IMG/VR virus record: IMGVR_UViG_3300005573_001035
Span: 32,001-96,000 of that record
Reading direction: 5' to 3' (one strand)
DNA: 64,000 bases
From: a virus
Shown: positions 1 to 9,657 of the stretch, piece after piece
How the letters are laid out: each line of letters opens with the position of its first letter
Numbering within the stretch: the first letter of the stretch is position 1
Notes under the pieces: model-generated
Database searches by the model: none
Seen by the model: only the letters and a program-made list of their open reading frames with translations
Told to the model about the DNA's origin: nothing
Program-made: the position numbers and the translations under genes

Positions 1-917
1 TGAATCTTGTCTTTCGTTTGTAACTTAATAGAAGATACATACTGATTGTACTTATTTGTAATTTCTGATTCTTTTTGTTTTGCTTCTGCTCGAATTCTAG
101 ATAATCTTTCCGACTCAAGATTAATTTCATTTTGTTTATCTTGAAAAGCAGAATTTAAAGACTCGAATTCCCTTGTAGTTGCATCTTTATCATACTGGGC
201 TAGAAGATTTCGTAGTTCCAGTATCTTATTTGTAATATTACTTAATCTTATTTGCTTATCTTTTTGAAAAGAATCGTATTCCAATTGTAAAGATTCAAGT
301 TGTGTTCTACATTCTTTTAGTACTTGCTCCAAGGTATGAATCTCAGACATAATAGATTGGTGTTTCTTATTTGCTTCTTCTAGATGCTTAGAGGCATTCT
401 TTTGATATTCAGTATAACTATCTAGTTGGAGAATTTCTCGAAAAACTGCTTTTTGCTCAGCATCTGTCAGATTCGTAAAAAATGCTTTAACCTTCTGAGC
501 AAAGAATATGGTGCTCATTAGAAGGTTGGGACTAAGCACTAGATTTTCTATCATCTTATTAGCTTGCCTGATTCCTCCAGGAGTAACATCTTTTCCATCT
601 CGAAAGATTCTGACTCGGTCTTGCATTTTATGATGTTTTCGATATCTCTCAATTCGAAATAACTCATTTCCAATTGCAAATTCCAACCAAGTATAACAAT
701 CTTTTCCTTTCTTATTATTTACCACCAAGTCAGATTTTAGTCCTTTACTTGTCGTTCCGTATAGAGTATAAGGAATTGCTTCGATGAGTGTGGTTTTTCC
801 GCTTCCATTGGCCCCAGTAATTAGTGTTAAACCAGGGTCTTTAAGTTTAAGAATCATAGGTTCTTCAAATAAACAGAAATTTTCCATTCCTACTTCATAG
901 AAAGTGACCTCTTTCAT
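1..917 (-). CDS. sbcC: SbcC/Rad50 (T4 gp46-like) SMC-family ATPase, runs off the window edge
   Basis: Not in the ORF track. Manual translation from ATG 917 gives MKEVTFYEVGMENFCLFEE...LITGANGSGKTTLIEAIPYTLYG (Walker A), then coiled-coil-like sequence. ATGA overlap with the sbcD stop. Confidence 0.9.
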   Translation of the reverse strand, partial: MKEVTFYEVGMENFCLFEEPMILKLKDPGLTLITGANGSGKTTLIEAIPYTLYGTTSKGLKSDLVVNNKKGKDCYTWLEFAIGNELFRIERYRKHHKMQDRVRIFRDGKDVTPGGIRQANKMIENLVLSPNLLMSTIFFAQKVKAFFTNLTDAEQKAVFREILQLDSYTEYQKNASKHLEEANKKHQSIMSEIHTLEQVLKECRTQLESLQLEYDSFQKDKQIRLSNITNKILELRNLLAQYDKDATTREFESLNSAFQDKQNEINLESERLSRIRAEAKQKESEITNKYNQYVSSIKLQTKDKI

Positions 918-1921
918 CCTTCTTCTATCTCCTTTATAGATTCACACTCGTTGATAATTGTCTTTGCAACATCAATATATAGGTCTTTACTTTCAGGGGG
1001 AATTCCTCTAATATCTAAGTATCTAGATAACTTCTCATCTAAAGACATCTCTCTAGCAATTCCCCTGTTAGTCACTTCTGAATTACTCTTATCAATAATT
1101 ACGACATCTGGTAAATCCGAAGCATCAATTTGGTTAGTCTTTACCTCGCTCCAAATGACCACAAAATTACCCTGGGAAGTTAGATCTCTGCTCTCTTTCT
1201 TAACCTTGTCAATGTCTCCCTCAGAGTGTATCTCTAAGACATAATGCTTGGGATATCCCTCTGTGGGTATTGAATCAATTCTTCCCGAATCGAAATCAAC
1301 AAGTAACATTCTTTTTTCTTCGTTTCTTTCTCCCCAATCGAATTGATACGGATTTCCTACGTAATAAACTTGGGTTTGTCCCATAGAAAGTTCCTGGGGT
1401 TTATGATAGTGGCCCAGGAGGACCATGCCGTATCTGGAACATAGGTCCTTCATGCTAATGTTTGATACAATTGATATACCACTTGACAAAACCGCTTCGT
1501 TTAAACCAAAATGTGAAATTAGCCAAGGGTTTGAATTCGTTTTAACTTCTTGTTCAAGATTCTTTGAAAACGGAATAAATAGAATATTGGAGATCAACTG
1601 GGTTTCCCCAACGTACAAGACATTGGGTACATGTTTCAATAGACTAATGGTGGACACAGGTTCAGAAGATTCCGAGAGGTCATGATTTCCATCTAACAAA
1701 ATAAATGTAATATCCGGATTTGCCTCTAAAATTGAAACCAGCTCCTTTGCAGCTTCGGAATAAAGAATCGATTTATGATGAAATACGTCTCCTGCGACAA
1801 TGATATGTCCAATGTTATTATTCTTACAGTAAGATGTAATCCAAGATACAACATTCACACAAGTTTCTAACTTTTTTCTAGAACGACTAAAATGCCAGTC
1901 CGCCGTCACGATCGCCTTCAT
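914..1921 (-). CDS. sbcD: SbcD/Mre11 (T4 gp47-like) metallophosphoesterase nuclease
   Basis: Motifs ADWH, AGDVFH, GNHD, SH and GHYH; coupled to the SbcC-like gene. Confidence 0.9.
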   Translation of the reverse strand: MKAIVTADWHFSRSRKKLETCVNVVSWITSYCKNNNIGHIIVAGDVFHHKSILYSEAAKELVSILEANPDITFILLDGNHDLSESSEPVSTISLLKHVPNVLYVGETQLISNILFIPFSKNLEQEVKTNSNPWLISHFGLNEAVLSSGISIVSNISMKDLCSRYGMVLLGHYHKPQELSMGQTQVYYVGNPYQFDWGERNEEKRMLLVDFDSGRIDSIPTEGYPKHYVLEIHSEGDIDKVKKESRDLTSQGNFVVIWSEVKTNQIDASDLPDVVIIDKSNSEVTNRGIAREMSLDEKLSRYLDIRGIPPESKDLYIDVAKTIINECESIKEIEEG

Positions 1922-1951
1922 ACTCTAGTCTCCTCTCTTTTGTAATCCCCC

Positions 1952-3253
1952 TTACAAAGTATACAAGGTTCCAAACGGTACACTTGGAAGTTTTGTCTGA
2001 CCTACTCCTCGGACAATTACCCAGATGACTGGATAGGGAGGGATTTTATCTGGAAATGTACCCATCAAATCTGTAAAGAATAGGAGGAGTTTAGGATTAA
2101 GCTTCCTTCTGGCTATGTCCTCGAAAACAGGGCGAAAATCGGTGCCCCCTCCTCCTCTAACTTCAAAGGGGATAGTTGGATTCTCATAGAATGCATGAAT
2201 AGCACAATCAATAACCCAACCATACATATTGTCACATACTGGTTGGATTTTCTTCAATGCACCCATAAAGTATGACAGTTCCGTTGAAGAAATTGATCCA
2301 GATGAATCTATGGCGAAAGCCACCTCAGTATACTTCTTTAAAGTTCCGGGTAGTCGAAGCCCTTTCTTCTGGTAAATTGCTCGACTATAACATGGAATTT
2401 TGCAGTACGTATATCCATATCTTTCCTGACCCAAGAGAGATAGGGATTTTCTTGTTACTAATTCTATGATTCCTTTGCATGAGTTATGAATATTAAATTC
2501 TCTTCTCATATCTCCAGGAATAGATCCAATTGCTTTTAGTAATTCTTCTCTAGCAACACTAGATCCACTTATTGGTTTTTGCGTTGAAAGGTCATTAGGA
2601 ATTACTGTCGATGGATTCGATCCTTGTATTGTGTTACCAGAAAAAATTTCTTTTGATTCGTTGGAACTTGTATTAATTGTGTACTTTGTATAATTTTCAT
2701 TCTTAGTCTCAGACTGAATCATTTGACCCAGAAGTTGTTCTGTAGCTTGATCCGCGCTCCCCTGGTTGGACTTTTCTCCATCCGCTTTGCTTTGTCCTTT
2801 TCGTTGTTTTGTCTTTGCCATTTGTTGTAGTTTATGTAGGATTTCCCTGTATACAACTTCACAGGGACCCTTAGAAAATTCATTACTAAGAAGCAGAAAG
2901 TTATACTTGGCTAATTCCTTGTCGTCAGTAATTCCAAGTTGTATCATAAGGGAATTTACAACATGATCAATTGCAATGCTCCAAATGAATTGAATTCTTC
3001 CTGCTCCTCTTCTTATATGGTCTAGAGCGGAATGAATCATTTCATGAATAAAATCCAGAAGTACTCCTTTTTTGTCTTGATCAAAACAAATCGCAATCTC
3101 ATTATCTTTCGTAATGTAAGTATCTTTTTCTGAGTAACTAGGAACAATTGGAACGTACAACGCAAATGACATTCCTGTTTTCTGGAATGCGACCATTCTA
3201 AGCCACTTTTCTTTAGTTTTATCGATAGTTGTAAGTTTGGAATTGGTCTTCAT
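1952..3253 (-). CDS. DUF2201-like putative metallopeptidase plus vWA domain protein
   Basis: HExxH (HEMIH) near the N-terminus; C-terminal MIDAS AIDSSGSI, GGGGTDFRPVF and FFTD; adjacent to a MoxR-type ATPase. Confidence 0.8.
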   Translation of the reverse strand: MKTNSKLTTIDKTKEKWLRMVAFQKTGMSFALYVPIVPSYSEKDTYITKDNEIAICFDQDKKGVLLDFIHEMIHSALDHIRRGAGRIQFIWSIAIDHVVNSLMIQLGITDDKELAKYNFLLLSNEFSKGPCEVVYREILHKLQQMAKTKQRKGQSKADGEKSNQGSADQATEQLLGQMIQSETKNENYTKYTINTSSNESKEIFSGNTIQGSNPSTVIPNDLSTQKPISGSSVAREELLKAIGSIPGDMRREFNIHNSCKGIIELVTRKSLSLLGQERYGYTYCKIPCYSRAIYQKKGLRLPGTLKKYTEVAFAIDSSGSISSTELSYFMGALKKIQPVCDNMYGWVIDCAIHAFYENPTIPFEVRGGGGTDFRPVFEDIARRKLNPKLLLFFTDLMGTFPDKIPPYPVIWVIVRGVGQTKLPSVPFGTLYTL

Positions 3254-4269
3254 GATTCTTCCTCCACTATACCTTCGTTCGAATCATCATAGGCAAGAAT
3301 AGAAACAATTTCTTTAAACATTTTGTCAAAGGCTGGATCGTTCATGAAAGAAAGTAACGCATGTTTCTGGTTCAAGTAAGCACTTCTAAGATAGAAAAAC
3401 TTACTCTCTTCCGTTAGATTCTTTTGGACCCATTCTAGAATTTTCTTTTCCACTGGATACGTAGACAGTATCGCTGCTGCCACTACTTGGTCCTTAAATG
3501 TCATTGGAGGTCTGGCCATTATTTCTTCCTTGCTTCGATTTAGCATTTCCCAAGAATCCACTAGTTTGGTTCCTGCTAAATAGCCAATTGTACCAACTGC
3601 GGTTTCAATAGGTAGACCAATCTTTAGATTACGATCCAAATTCATCCATGATCTAGGAGAATGAAATGGAGTGGTAGGATCTGGTTCCGCGGTAAATAGA
3701 TAATCCGGATTAGCCATTAGAAAGGCCAGCAACTTTGGATTGACTTTCTTGGCTTGGGCGTAAGTTACGAAATCATTTACGGTTGGAGTAAATTCAACAC
3801 ATAGATCAAATCTATTCATAACTGGAGCTAAGATTTCTTGTGCTCCGGATCCAGAAGTTGAGAAGTTTCCAGCTGCGATAAATCTGGTACTATCTGGAGT
3901 CCGGTGCCCATTGATTGACCTCTTAAGAAGAAGCTCAAAGAGAGCAGACTGTTGAATTTCGAGATTCAAATGACAATCATCAAAAAATAGTACCGTATTC
4001 TCTTTCTCCGGAAGCCAAGATGGTCTGCTCCAAATCGTTCGAAGCCCTCCAGAAGAATCCTCTTTAACATCTGGAATGCCCTTGGCTTCCCCAGGTTCTT
4101 TTAGATAGAGTCTTTCTTCTACCAAGTTCATTCCTAGTTCTTCGCAACATTGCTCAGTAATTTCCGACTTACCACATCCAGGAGGAGAAGATATAAGCAT
4201 GGATCGATTATTCTTGATACAAATCTTGATGAGCTTCTTTAGAGCAGCGCCGCCTTCGACTTTATACAT
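3250..4269 (-). CDS. MoxR-like AAA+ ATPase
   Basis: Walker A PPGCGKS, degenerate Walker B LFFDD, AAGN, NRF and SPRSW. Start moved to ATG 4269 because AAGGAGG lies just upstream. Confidence 0.85.
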   Translation of the reverse strand: MYKVEGGAALKKLIKICIKNNRSMLISSPPGCGKSEITEQCCEELGMNLVEERLYLKEPGEAKGIPDVKEDSSGGLRTIWSRPSWLPEKENTVLFFDDCHLNLEIQQSALFELLLKRSINGHRTPDSTRFIAAGNFSTSGSGAQEILAPVMNRFDLCVEFTPTVNDFVTYAQAKKVNPKLLAFLMANPDYLFTAEPDPTTPFHSPRSWMNLDRNLKIGLPIETAVGTIGYLAGTKLVDSWEMLNRSKEEIMARPPMTFKDQVVAAAILSTYPVEKKILEWVQKNLTEESKFFYLRSAYLNQKHALLSFMNDPAFDKMFKEIVSILAYDDSNEGIVEEES

Positions 4270-4362
4270 GTCGTATACCTCCTTCGTTTTTTCGTAATTC
4301 TTTATGTGTGGGTTCTTCTTTTTCTTCAACCAAATGAAAGATTACAAAAGTTAGAATCTTTA

Positions 4363-4665
4363 TTATTTAGGAATGATTCTATCCGGAAGGCTTATTTGAA
4401 TATTCTTTACCAATTTTCTAAGACAAGGAATGGAATTCAGGATAGCCCTTCGGATTCTTTCATACATGATGCTAAGAAAAGTGGGTCGTTTTATCATGGT
4501 TACTTTCCCTTGTTTTCGAGAGGACTCTTTCAGGTAGTAGAGAATCGCATTTTTCTTCATACATTTCGTTTGGTTACAATAGAGTCCTTCTTTTAGACAC
4601 GTATAATCAGATAAGTAACAACATTTCTGGCAACATAGAGGAACGATGCGTATATTTTCTTCCAT
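4363..4665 (-). CDS. Hypothetical Cys-rich protein
   Basis: 100-aa ORF with AAGGAG upstream and an N-terminal Cys cluster (CCQKCC..C..C..C). Confidence 0.55.
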   Translation of the reverse strand: MEENIRIVPLCCQKCCYLSDYTCLKEGLYCNQTKCMKKNAILYYLKESSRKQGKVTMIKRPTFLSIMYERIRRAILNSIPCLRKLVKNIQISLPDRIIPK

Positions 4666-4708
4666 GTCTTCATCTCCTTAACGAATTTAGGTGCTCGTTA
4701 GATGTTAA

Positions 4709-4831
4709 TCAAAAGAAAACCGAAAGAAGAATCCAAGATAAACCTAGAAGAGCGAAAAGCGCAAATAGCTTAATTATTTCTATAATAACTTCCTCTTTTG
4801 TTACTTCTGAAGGAAAGATATTTTTCATCAT
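4709..4831 (-). CDS. Small single-transmembrane protein (40 aa)
   Basis: Below the ORF-track cutoff. MMKNIFPSEVTKEEVIIEIIKLFALFALLGLSWILLSVFF, with a strong SD (GAGAGGAGGG) 8 nt upstream. Confidence 0.6.
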   Translation of the reverse strand: MMKNIFPSEVTKEEVIIEIIKLFALFALLGLSWILLSVFF

Positions 4832-4868
4832 GGTAAAAACCCTCCTCTCTCTAGATGAGTTTTTTGAT

Positions 4869-4916
4869 GAGAAGGAGGAGGGAGAGATTTCTTAGCTCCC
4901 CCCCCCTCTTCCTCTC
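4869..4916 (-). promoter_or_regulatory. Purine/pyrimidine hairpin with an anti-SD arm in the leader of the small TM gene
   Basis: On the minus strand GAGAGGAAGAGGGGGGGGGAG pairs with CTCTCCCTCCTCCTTCTC, using G-U pairs. The 3' arm is also complementary to the downstream SD. Confidence 0.5.
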
Positions 4917-4949
4917 TTTCTTCTAGTTTAGATCTTACATCATTTTTTC

Positions 4950-5552
4950 TTACTTTGTAGAGTCATTGCTAAGATAAAACTGAGTGAGAAGCTTGGAGTT
5001 GTTTGTTCCTAACATTCTAATTGAAATCTTTGAAGGAGTAGGTCGAAATTGCTCTATTGCGTTTGATACGTTTTGGAATTTGTCAATATGTTGCTTATTT
5101 TTTCTAATCTTGACTCTTTCAATTTCTAGCACATCTCTATAAGGGTTAGCAATAGATTTAGCCTTAGAACGAAATATAATCCATTCTTGCTCCTTATCAA
5201 AAAGGAATATATTTGCGATACTACATGGCTTTTCTAGCATTTCGCAAGACTCGTACTCCTCGTAGTAAACGACTATTTGCCTTCGATCTAAGTGGTTACT
5301 TTGCCACAAATCTATCTTGTCGGAGTTTGTGATTGTTGCGAATTTAACATCTTTCTCATTCAAATCTGCTAAACTAATAGCATACTCAGCGCAATCGCTT
5401 TGTTGGACTAAGATTTGATCTATGTAACAAGATCCATTCTGGTCTTGGTATATTATGTGATCGAGTCCTTGACTTTGAAGTATAAAACTATCCTGCCAGT
5501 TACTTGGATTAACAAATACGATAATTCCCAGTAACATAGATCTTATGTTCAT
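4950..5552 (-). CDS. Hypothetical protein, paralog of 5581-6207
   Basis: N-terminus MLLGIIVFVNPSNWQ resembles the neighbour's MLMGFFVFIHPSDWK. Start moved to ATG 5552 after GAGGGGG. Confidence 0.7.
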   Translation of the reverse strand: MNIRSMLLGIIVFVNPSNWQDSFILQSQGLDHIIYQDQNGSCYIDQILVQQSDCAEYAISLADLNEKDVKFATITNSDKIDLWQSNHLDRRQIVVYYEEYESCEMLEKPCSIANIFLFDKEQEWIIFRSKAKSIANPYRDVLEIERVKIRKNKQHIDKFQNVSNAIEQFRPTPSKISIRMLGTNNSKLLTQFYLSNDSTK

Positions 5553-5580
5553 CTCTAGAAGAACCCCCTCTCTTACCACA

Positions 5581-6207
5581 TTACTTTGGTCTCATTAGAT
5601 GAAGAAGGTATCTGACGCTTCCTTTTTCGGTTGCGAAGATTGCCATTTTCTGTGGGTCTGGTATACCTAAGTTCTTCTTAGCAAACTCAAAAAAGTCTAC
5701 AACATTTCTATAACTTTCTTTCCCCTCCCATGTAGCCTTCTCTTTGTTGTACTCAAAGATTCCGACTCCTTCAAGATCAGTAAGTGATTTATCCTTCTTG
5801 GTATATGCTAGAACAAATTGAAATGGCCCAGACTTATCTCTTAAGAACACAACAAAATCTACAAGTTCAAAATTTGGTTCGGGCATGTATATGAGCGCGC
5901 AAAAAGTAATATGCTTTCGTTCCATTGGTAACGAGGACCAAGTCTGCCAAACTTGAGGGTCTGGTTGACTAAATCTTAGTTTCTCGTTAACCATTGGATT
6001 AAAAGACAAGATAATGTTATTTGAAGTTTTAGAATCAACAGGAACTTGGTTCATAAATTTCTTACCTTCATTATTCTCAGTACAAATAACGGTTCTAAGA
6101 ACATCTAGACTAAGATTATGCATTACATTATTTTGCTTCCAATCTGAGGGATGGATAAATACAAAGAATCCCATCAGCATGGTGGATATGCGCTTATGCA
6201 TAAACAT
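5581..6207 (-). CDS. Hypothetical protein, paralog of 4950-5552
   Basis: 208-aa ORF with AAGGAG upstream and a shared N-terminal motif. Confidence 0.7.
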   Translation of the reverse strand: MFMHKRISTMLMGFFVFIHPSDWKQNNVMHNLSLDVLRTVICTENNEGKKFMNQVPVDSKTSNNIILSFNPMVNEKLRFSQPDPQVWQTWSSLPMERKHITFCALIYMPEPNFELVDFVVFLRDKSGPFQFVLAYTKKDKSLTDLEGVGIFEYNKEKATWEGKESYRNVVDFFEFAKKNLGIPDPQKMAIFATEKGSVRYLLHLMRPK

Positions 6208-6214
6208 GGCATGT

Positions 6215-7693
6215 TCACTCCTTTCTTTTTGTTACGTTGTTCAGGATCTGCAATGCTTCGGATTTTGAAAGATTCTCGATCTTATTTTTCATAACATCAT
6301 AAAGACGGTATTCAACATCCCATTGTTTCTGATTGTAAACTTTAAGCCTAGTATAGTAAGATGAAGCAATCTCAGCACAGCCAAAATCAACAATATCGAA
6401 AAATACAGGATCTTTCTTCCCAGGATAGATTCTAAGAATCCTTCCACAAAGCTGTTCTACATTTTGAACGGGAGTTGCCATAATGAGACAATCTTTATGA
6501 GGAGCATCAATTCCATCTCGTATCTTTTGGGGAGTTGCAAGAACAATTGGATTATCCAAGTTTTCTAGCGTATCTGCTTGAATGAAGGTAGAAGGATTGA
6601 ATTTTGTAAATAAGTCTACAAGCTTTGTTATAAACTTAATTCTTTCACAAATGAAGAGAATGTTTCGTTCTTTATCAATTGCTGTTCGTAAAAGCTTACA
6701 GCATAGTTTAAAGAAAGCCTCACTTGCGCATAACTTAGTTATATATCTTGGTCTTTGGAATATGTTATTCCAGTATATATACTTGTTGGGTCTTTGTATA
6801 TTAGTAAATTTTCCAAGAATAACCACAATTAGTGGTCTCATAGTGGTTGTTCCTTCTTGGATCTGAAAAACATCACCCAGATGATACTGGATTATATCTG
6901 AATTTCCATCAAATCGATAAGGAGTTGCTGACAATCCATAACTATACTTAGTAGGAATCAAAATAGAGCACTTACTAAAAGTAGGAGCCCCAACGCTCGT
7001 ATGAACCTCATCTGCTATAAACACGCCAAAGCCAGCATCTTTTAGTAAATCTAAGAACTCAGTTCTTCTTTCCTCTTCTTTCAGTTGAGAAATAAAGAAC
7101 TGATCAGTAGTTATTACAATTGGTTTTTGCAATTCCTCAGAAATATTCTTTCTGGATCTTAGAGTTCCAATCTGCTCAGGTTCAATGTTGGTGCAATCTA
7201 GAAATCTGTTAAACCATTGGTCAACCAACTGAGACCGGTGTGTCAGAATAATTGTTTTTAGTTTCCTAGTACAAATCATATGAATAGAAATAACAGTTTT
7301 TCCAGATCCTGGGGGAAGTTGGAGAATTCCATTTTCATTTCGAATAAGGTAATTGTAAGCCAGTTCTTGAGCCTCATCTCGAAGCTTGATCTTGCTTTCC
7401 AACCAAGGAATTTGGACAGGATCTTTTATGTTATCTTCAATGACAAATTCCCCTGAATAGCACTTATGTATCGGGAAATATCTTGGTACCAGAAGATAGT
7501 CTCCATCTTCTTCATAAAACTTGACAATAGAAACATCTTCGCTCGTATATTCCTTAACCGTTCTAGTTAGCATTCTTTTAGCTCTAGAAATAAGTTCTGG
7601 ATATGCATATGGAATTCGGATTCCAGATGTCCTTTCTAGATATATCATTTCATTCTCCAAGTACTGAAAGAGAGACCTTTGTAATTTTCTCAT
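6215..7693 (-). CDS. Superfamily 2 DNA helicase (UvsW/XPB-like)
   Basis: Q motif LRDEAQ, PPGSGKT, DEVH, SAT and QLCGRILR. Confidence 0.88.
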   Translation of the reverse strand: MRKLQRSLFQYLENEMIYLERTSGIRIPYAYPELISRAKRMLTRTVKEYTSEDVSIVKFYEEDGDYLLVPRYFPIHKCYSGEFVIEDNIKDPVQIPWLESKIKLRDEAQELAYNYLIRNENGILQLPPGSGKTVISIHMICTRKLKTIILTHRSQLVDQWFNRFLDCTNIEPEQIGTLRSRKNISEELQKPIVITTDQFFISQLKEEERRTEFLDLLKDAGFGVFIADEVHTSVGAPTFSKCSILIPTKYSYGLSATPYRFDGNSDIIQYHLGDVFQIQEGTTTMRPLIVVILGKFTNIQRPNKYIYWNNIFQRPRYITKLCASEAFFKLCCKLLRTAIDKERNILFICERIKFITKLVDLFTKFNPSTFIQADTLENLDNPIVLATPQKIRDGIDAPHKDCLIMATPVQNVEQLCGRILRIYPGKKDPVFFDIVDFGCAEIASSYYTRLKVYNQKQWDVEYRLYDVMKNKIENLSKSEALQILNNVTKRKE

Positions 7694-7696
7694 TCT

Positions 7697-8338
7697 TTAC
7701 TTCTGGTTCTGAGCCAATTCGTTGAACCTTCTTTGAAAATATTGTAGCATTTGCTCACTAGTAAGCCTAGCAGAACAATTAGCCGTTTCATATAACTGTA
7801 TAGATTCAAGACCCTTACTTCTTTGTTTTATGACTAATTGATTCCATATCCAGATAAGCATATTCTCGGCGGTTGGATTAAAGGGAATGATATCGTTAAC
7901 TTTCTGATGATCTAGCAAATTAACGATGGTGTTTACCTCTTCTTTAAGAGTAGAAAAATCTAGACTTATTCCGGTATCTCGAACAGGAAGGCAGAAAGCT
8001 ACGTTTAGAATATAAGAATGTCCATGTAGATTTGCGCACTTTCCATCATACTTGTTTAGATAATGCGCAGATTCGAAACGAAATTCTCTTTCCACACTAA
8101 CTCTGGGGGCTAAGTATAAAGATTTGAGACATTCCTTCGAGCATACATATACTATGTTACTCGGAAGGAAATCTAGCTTTGGAGTTAACATGACTCGAGC
8201 CCATGACACATCTGAGATAGAATCGCACCAAAAACATTTCCTTACATCTCTTGTAACTGGACTATCATCAAGCGTCAATCTAGAAAATTCTTGAAAGGCT
8301 GGGGTAAGAAACAAATCAATGCTGTTCATTTGTTCCAT
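7697..8338 (-). CDS. queD: 6-carboxy-5,6,7,8-tetrahydropterin synthase (QueD) with an N-terminal Cys4 extension
   Basis: FESAHYL, C-x3-HGHSY, DF, LDH, PTAEN and YET. N-terminal CFWC...CSKEC. Confidence 0.88.
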   Translation of the reverse strand: MEQMNSIDLFLTPAFQEFSRLTLDDSPVTRDVRKCFWCDSISDVSWARVMLTPKLDFLPSNIVYVCSKECLKSLYLAPRVSVEREFRFESAHYLNKYDGKCANLHGHSYILNVAFCLPVRDTGISLDFSTLKEEVNTIVNLLDHQKVNDIIPFNPTAENMLIWIWNQLVIKQRSKGLESIQLYETANCSARLTSEQMLQYFQRRFNELAQNQK

Positions 8339-8352
8339 GCTATCTTCCCTCC

Positions 8353-9657
8353 TTATAAGATAGTTCTATACAAGTCTAGAACAAAACCATTTAGATCGCC
8401 TAGTTTGGCAGAAAAGTTATCTCTTTTTGTTGCTAGCTCCCCAGAGTCAGTGGAAAGAGTTAGAATCTTCATAATTCGATGCTTCGATATTACAAGTCTT
8501 ATATCATCTTCACTACAACCTGACTTCTGGCATAAAGCCTGAATTGCCAAATTCTGGTTAGAAATACTTGACGAAACCTCTGAGATATAAGGCTTTATCT
8601 TTTCAATGATATCTAACTCACGAATCTGCTCATTAATTTTATTAATTTGGTCTTCTAGGTATATTTTAGTATATTCTTTAAAAACAGAATAACAAGTTAA
8701 TAGCATCTCATCTGGAGATACCAATCTAATATTTTTCTTGTCCTTATCTACTACGTAACATTCAAACTGAATGCTTCCTTCCAAGATAGAGTCGAGAGTC
8801 TTAACCAAAGATTCTAAGATCTCGCTTTTATTTCTTTGTCTTATTACTTGGAAGGTTATTTTTGTTGAGGTTGTTGACTCGTCTAAGTAACCAATATCTT
8901 TTCTATTGAGAAATTCGGAAAGTTTGTTTAGCAAAGTTTCAAATCTTCTTCCATCTGGCCATGAGTAAAGGGTTATTCTAGCTTTGGCTTCATCGACTTC
9001 GTACCTGCCTCTGACCTTAATTGTTGCCTTTCCCTTGGTTAGAAGTTGCTCAAGGTCTGATTCTGAGGAAATAATATCGCAATCTGAAATCGGCTTTATT
9101 GTTGGTCTCGTTTTTCTTTCCCCAATTAACCACAGCAATCTTTCAAATAGATCTTCTATCTTGTAACAAGGAATCAGAGTTCTGTATCCAAACCCAATGC
9201 CCACTGTGTATTCCCGACCCATGAGGCAAAAGGGAAACATGGTAGGCAAGAATTTTGGTTCTTTATCTAATTCGGATTCTTCCATCGGAACGTAATCAAT
9301 ATAGGAAAAAGCCATGGTTTGAATCTTTTTATTTAACTTAGCTTCTGTATATCTCATTGCTGCGGCTGGAGTTTCTTCAATACCCACGTTAGTTCCCCAG
9401 TTTCCCTGCCCATCTACAAAACCCTGATGGACGAGCTGAACTAAGCTAGAATATGACGATCCATGGGGATGATAATGGCCAAGACAATGTCCATCAATTC
9501 TAGCGGATTTTACAAACTTATCCCTAGCTATCTCATAAACGGAAAGAAGTAATCGTCTTTCGACTGGTTTTAGGCCATCAATAATGTACGGAAATGCTCG
9601 AAATGTGTTAATGTATCTTCCATAACTCCGGTAAAAGTTCTTAACAATCTTTTCCAC
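8353..9657 (-). CDS. gyrA: Type IIA topoisomerase subunit A (GyrA/ParC/gp52-like) without the C-terminal pinwheel
   Basis: DGLKPVERR, YHPHG and AAAMRYTEA (catalytic Tyr). Only 434 aa. Confidence 0.9.
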   Translation of the reverse strand: MEKIVKNFYRSYGRYINTFRAFPYIIDGLKPVERRLLLSVYEIARDKFVKSARIDGHCLGHYHPHGSSYSSLVQLVHQGFVDGQGNWGTNVGIEETPAAAMRYTEAKLNKKIQTMAFSYIDYVPMEESELDKEPKFLPTMFPFCLMGREYTVGIGFGYRTLIPCYKIEDLFERLLWLIGERKTRPTIKPISDCDIISSESDLEQLLTKGKATIKVRGRYEVDEAKARITLYSWPDGRRFETLLNKLSEFLNRKDIGYLDESTTSTKITFQVIRQRNKSEILESLVKTLDSILEGSIQFECYVVDKDKKNIRLVSPDEMLLTCYSVFKEYTKIYLEDQINKINEQIRELDIIEKIKPYISEVSSSISNQNLAIQALCQKSGCSEDDIRLVISKHRIMKILTLSTDSGELATKRDNFSAKLGDLNGFVLDLYRTIL

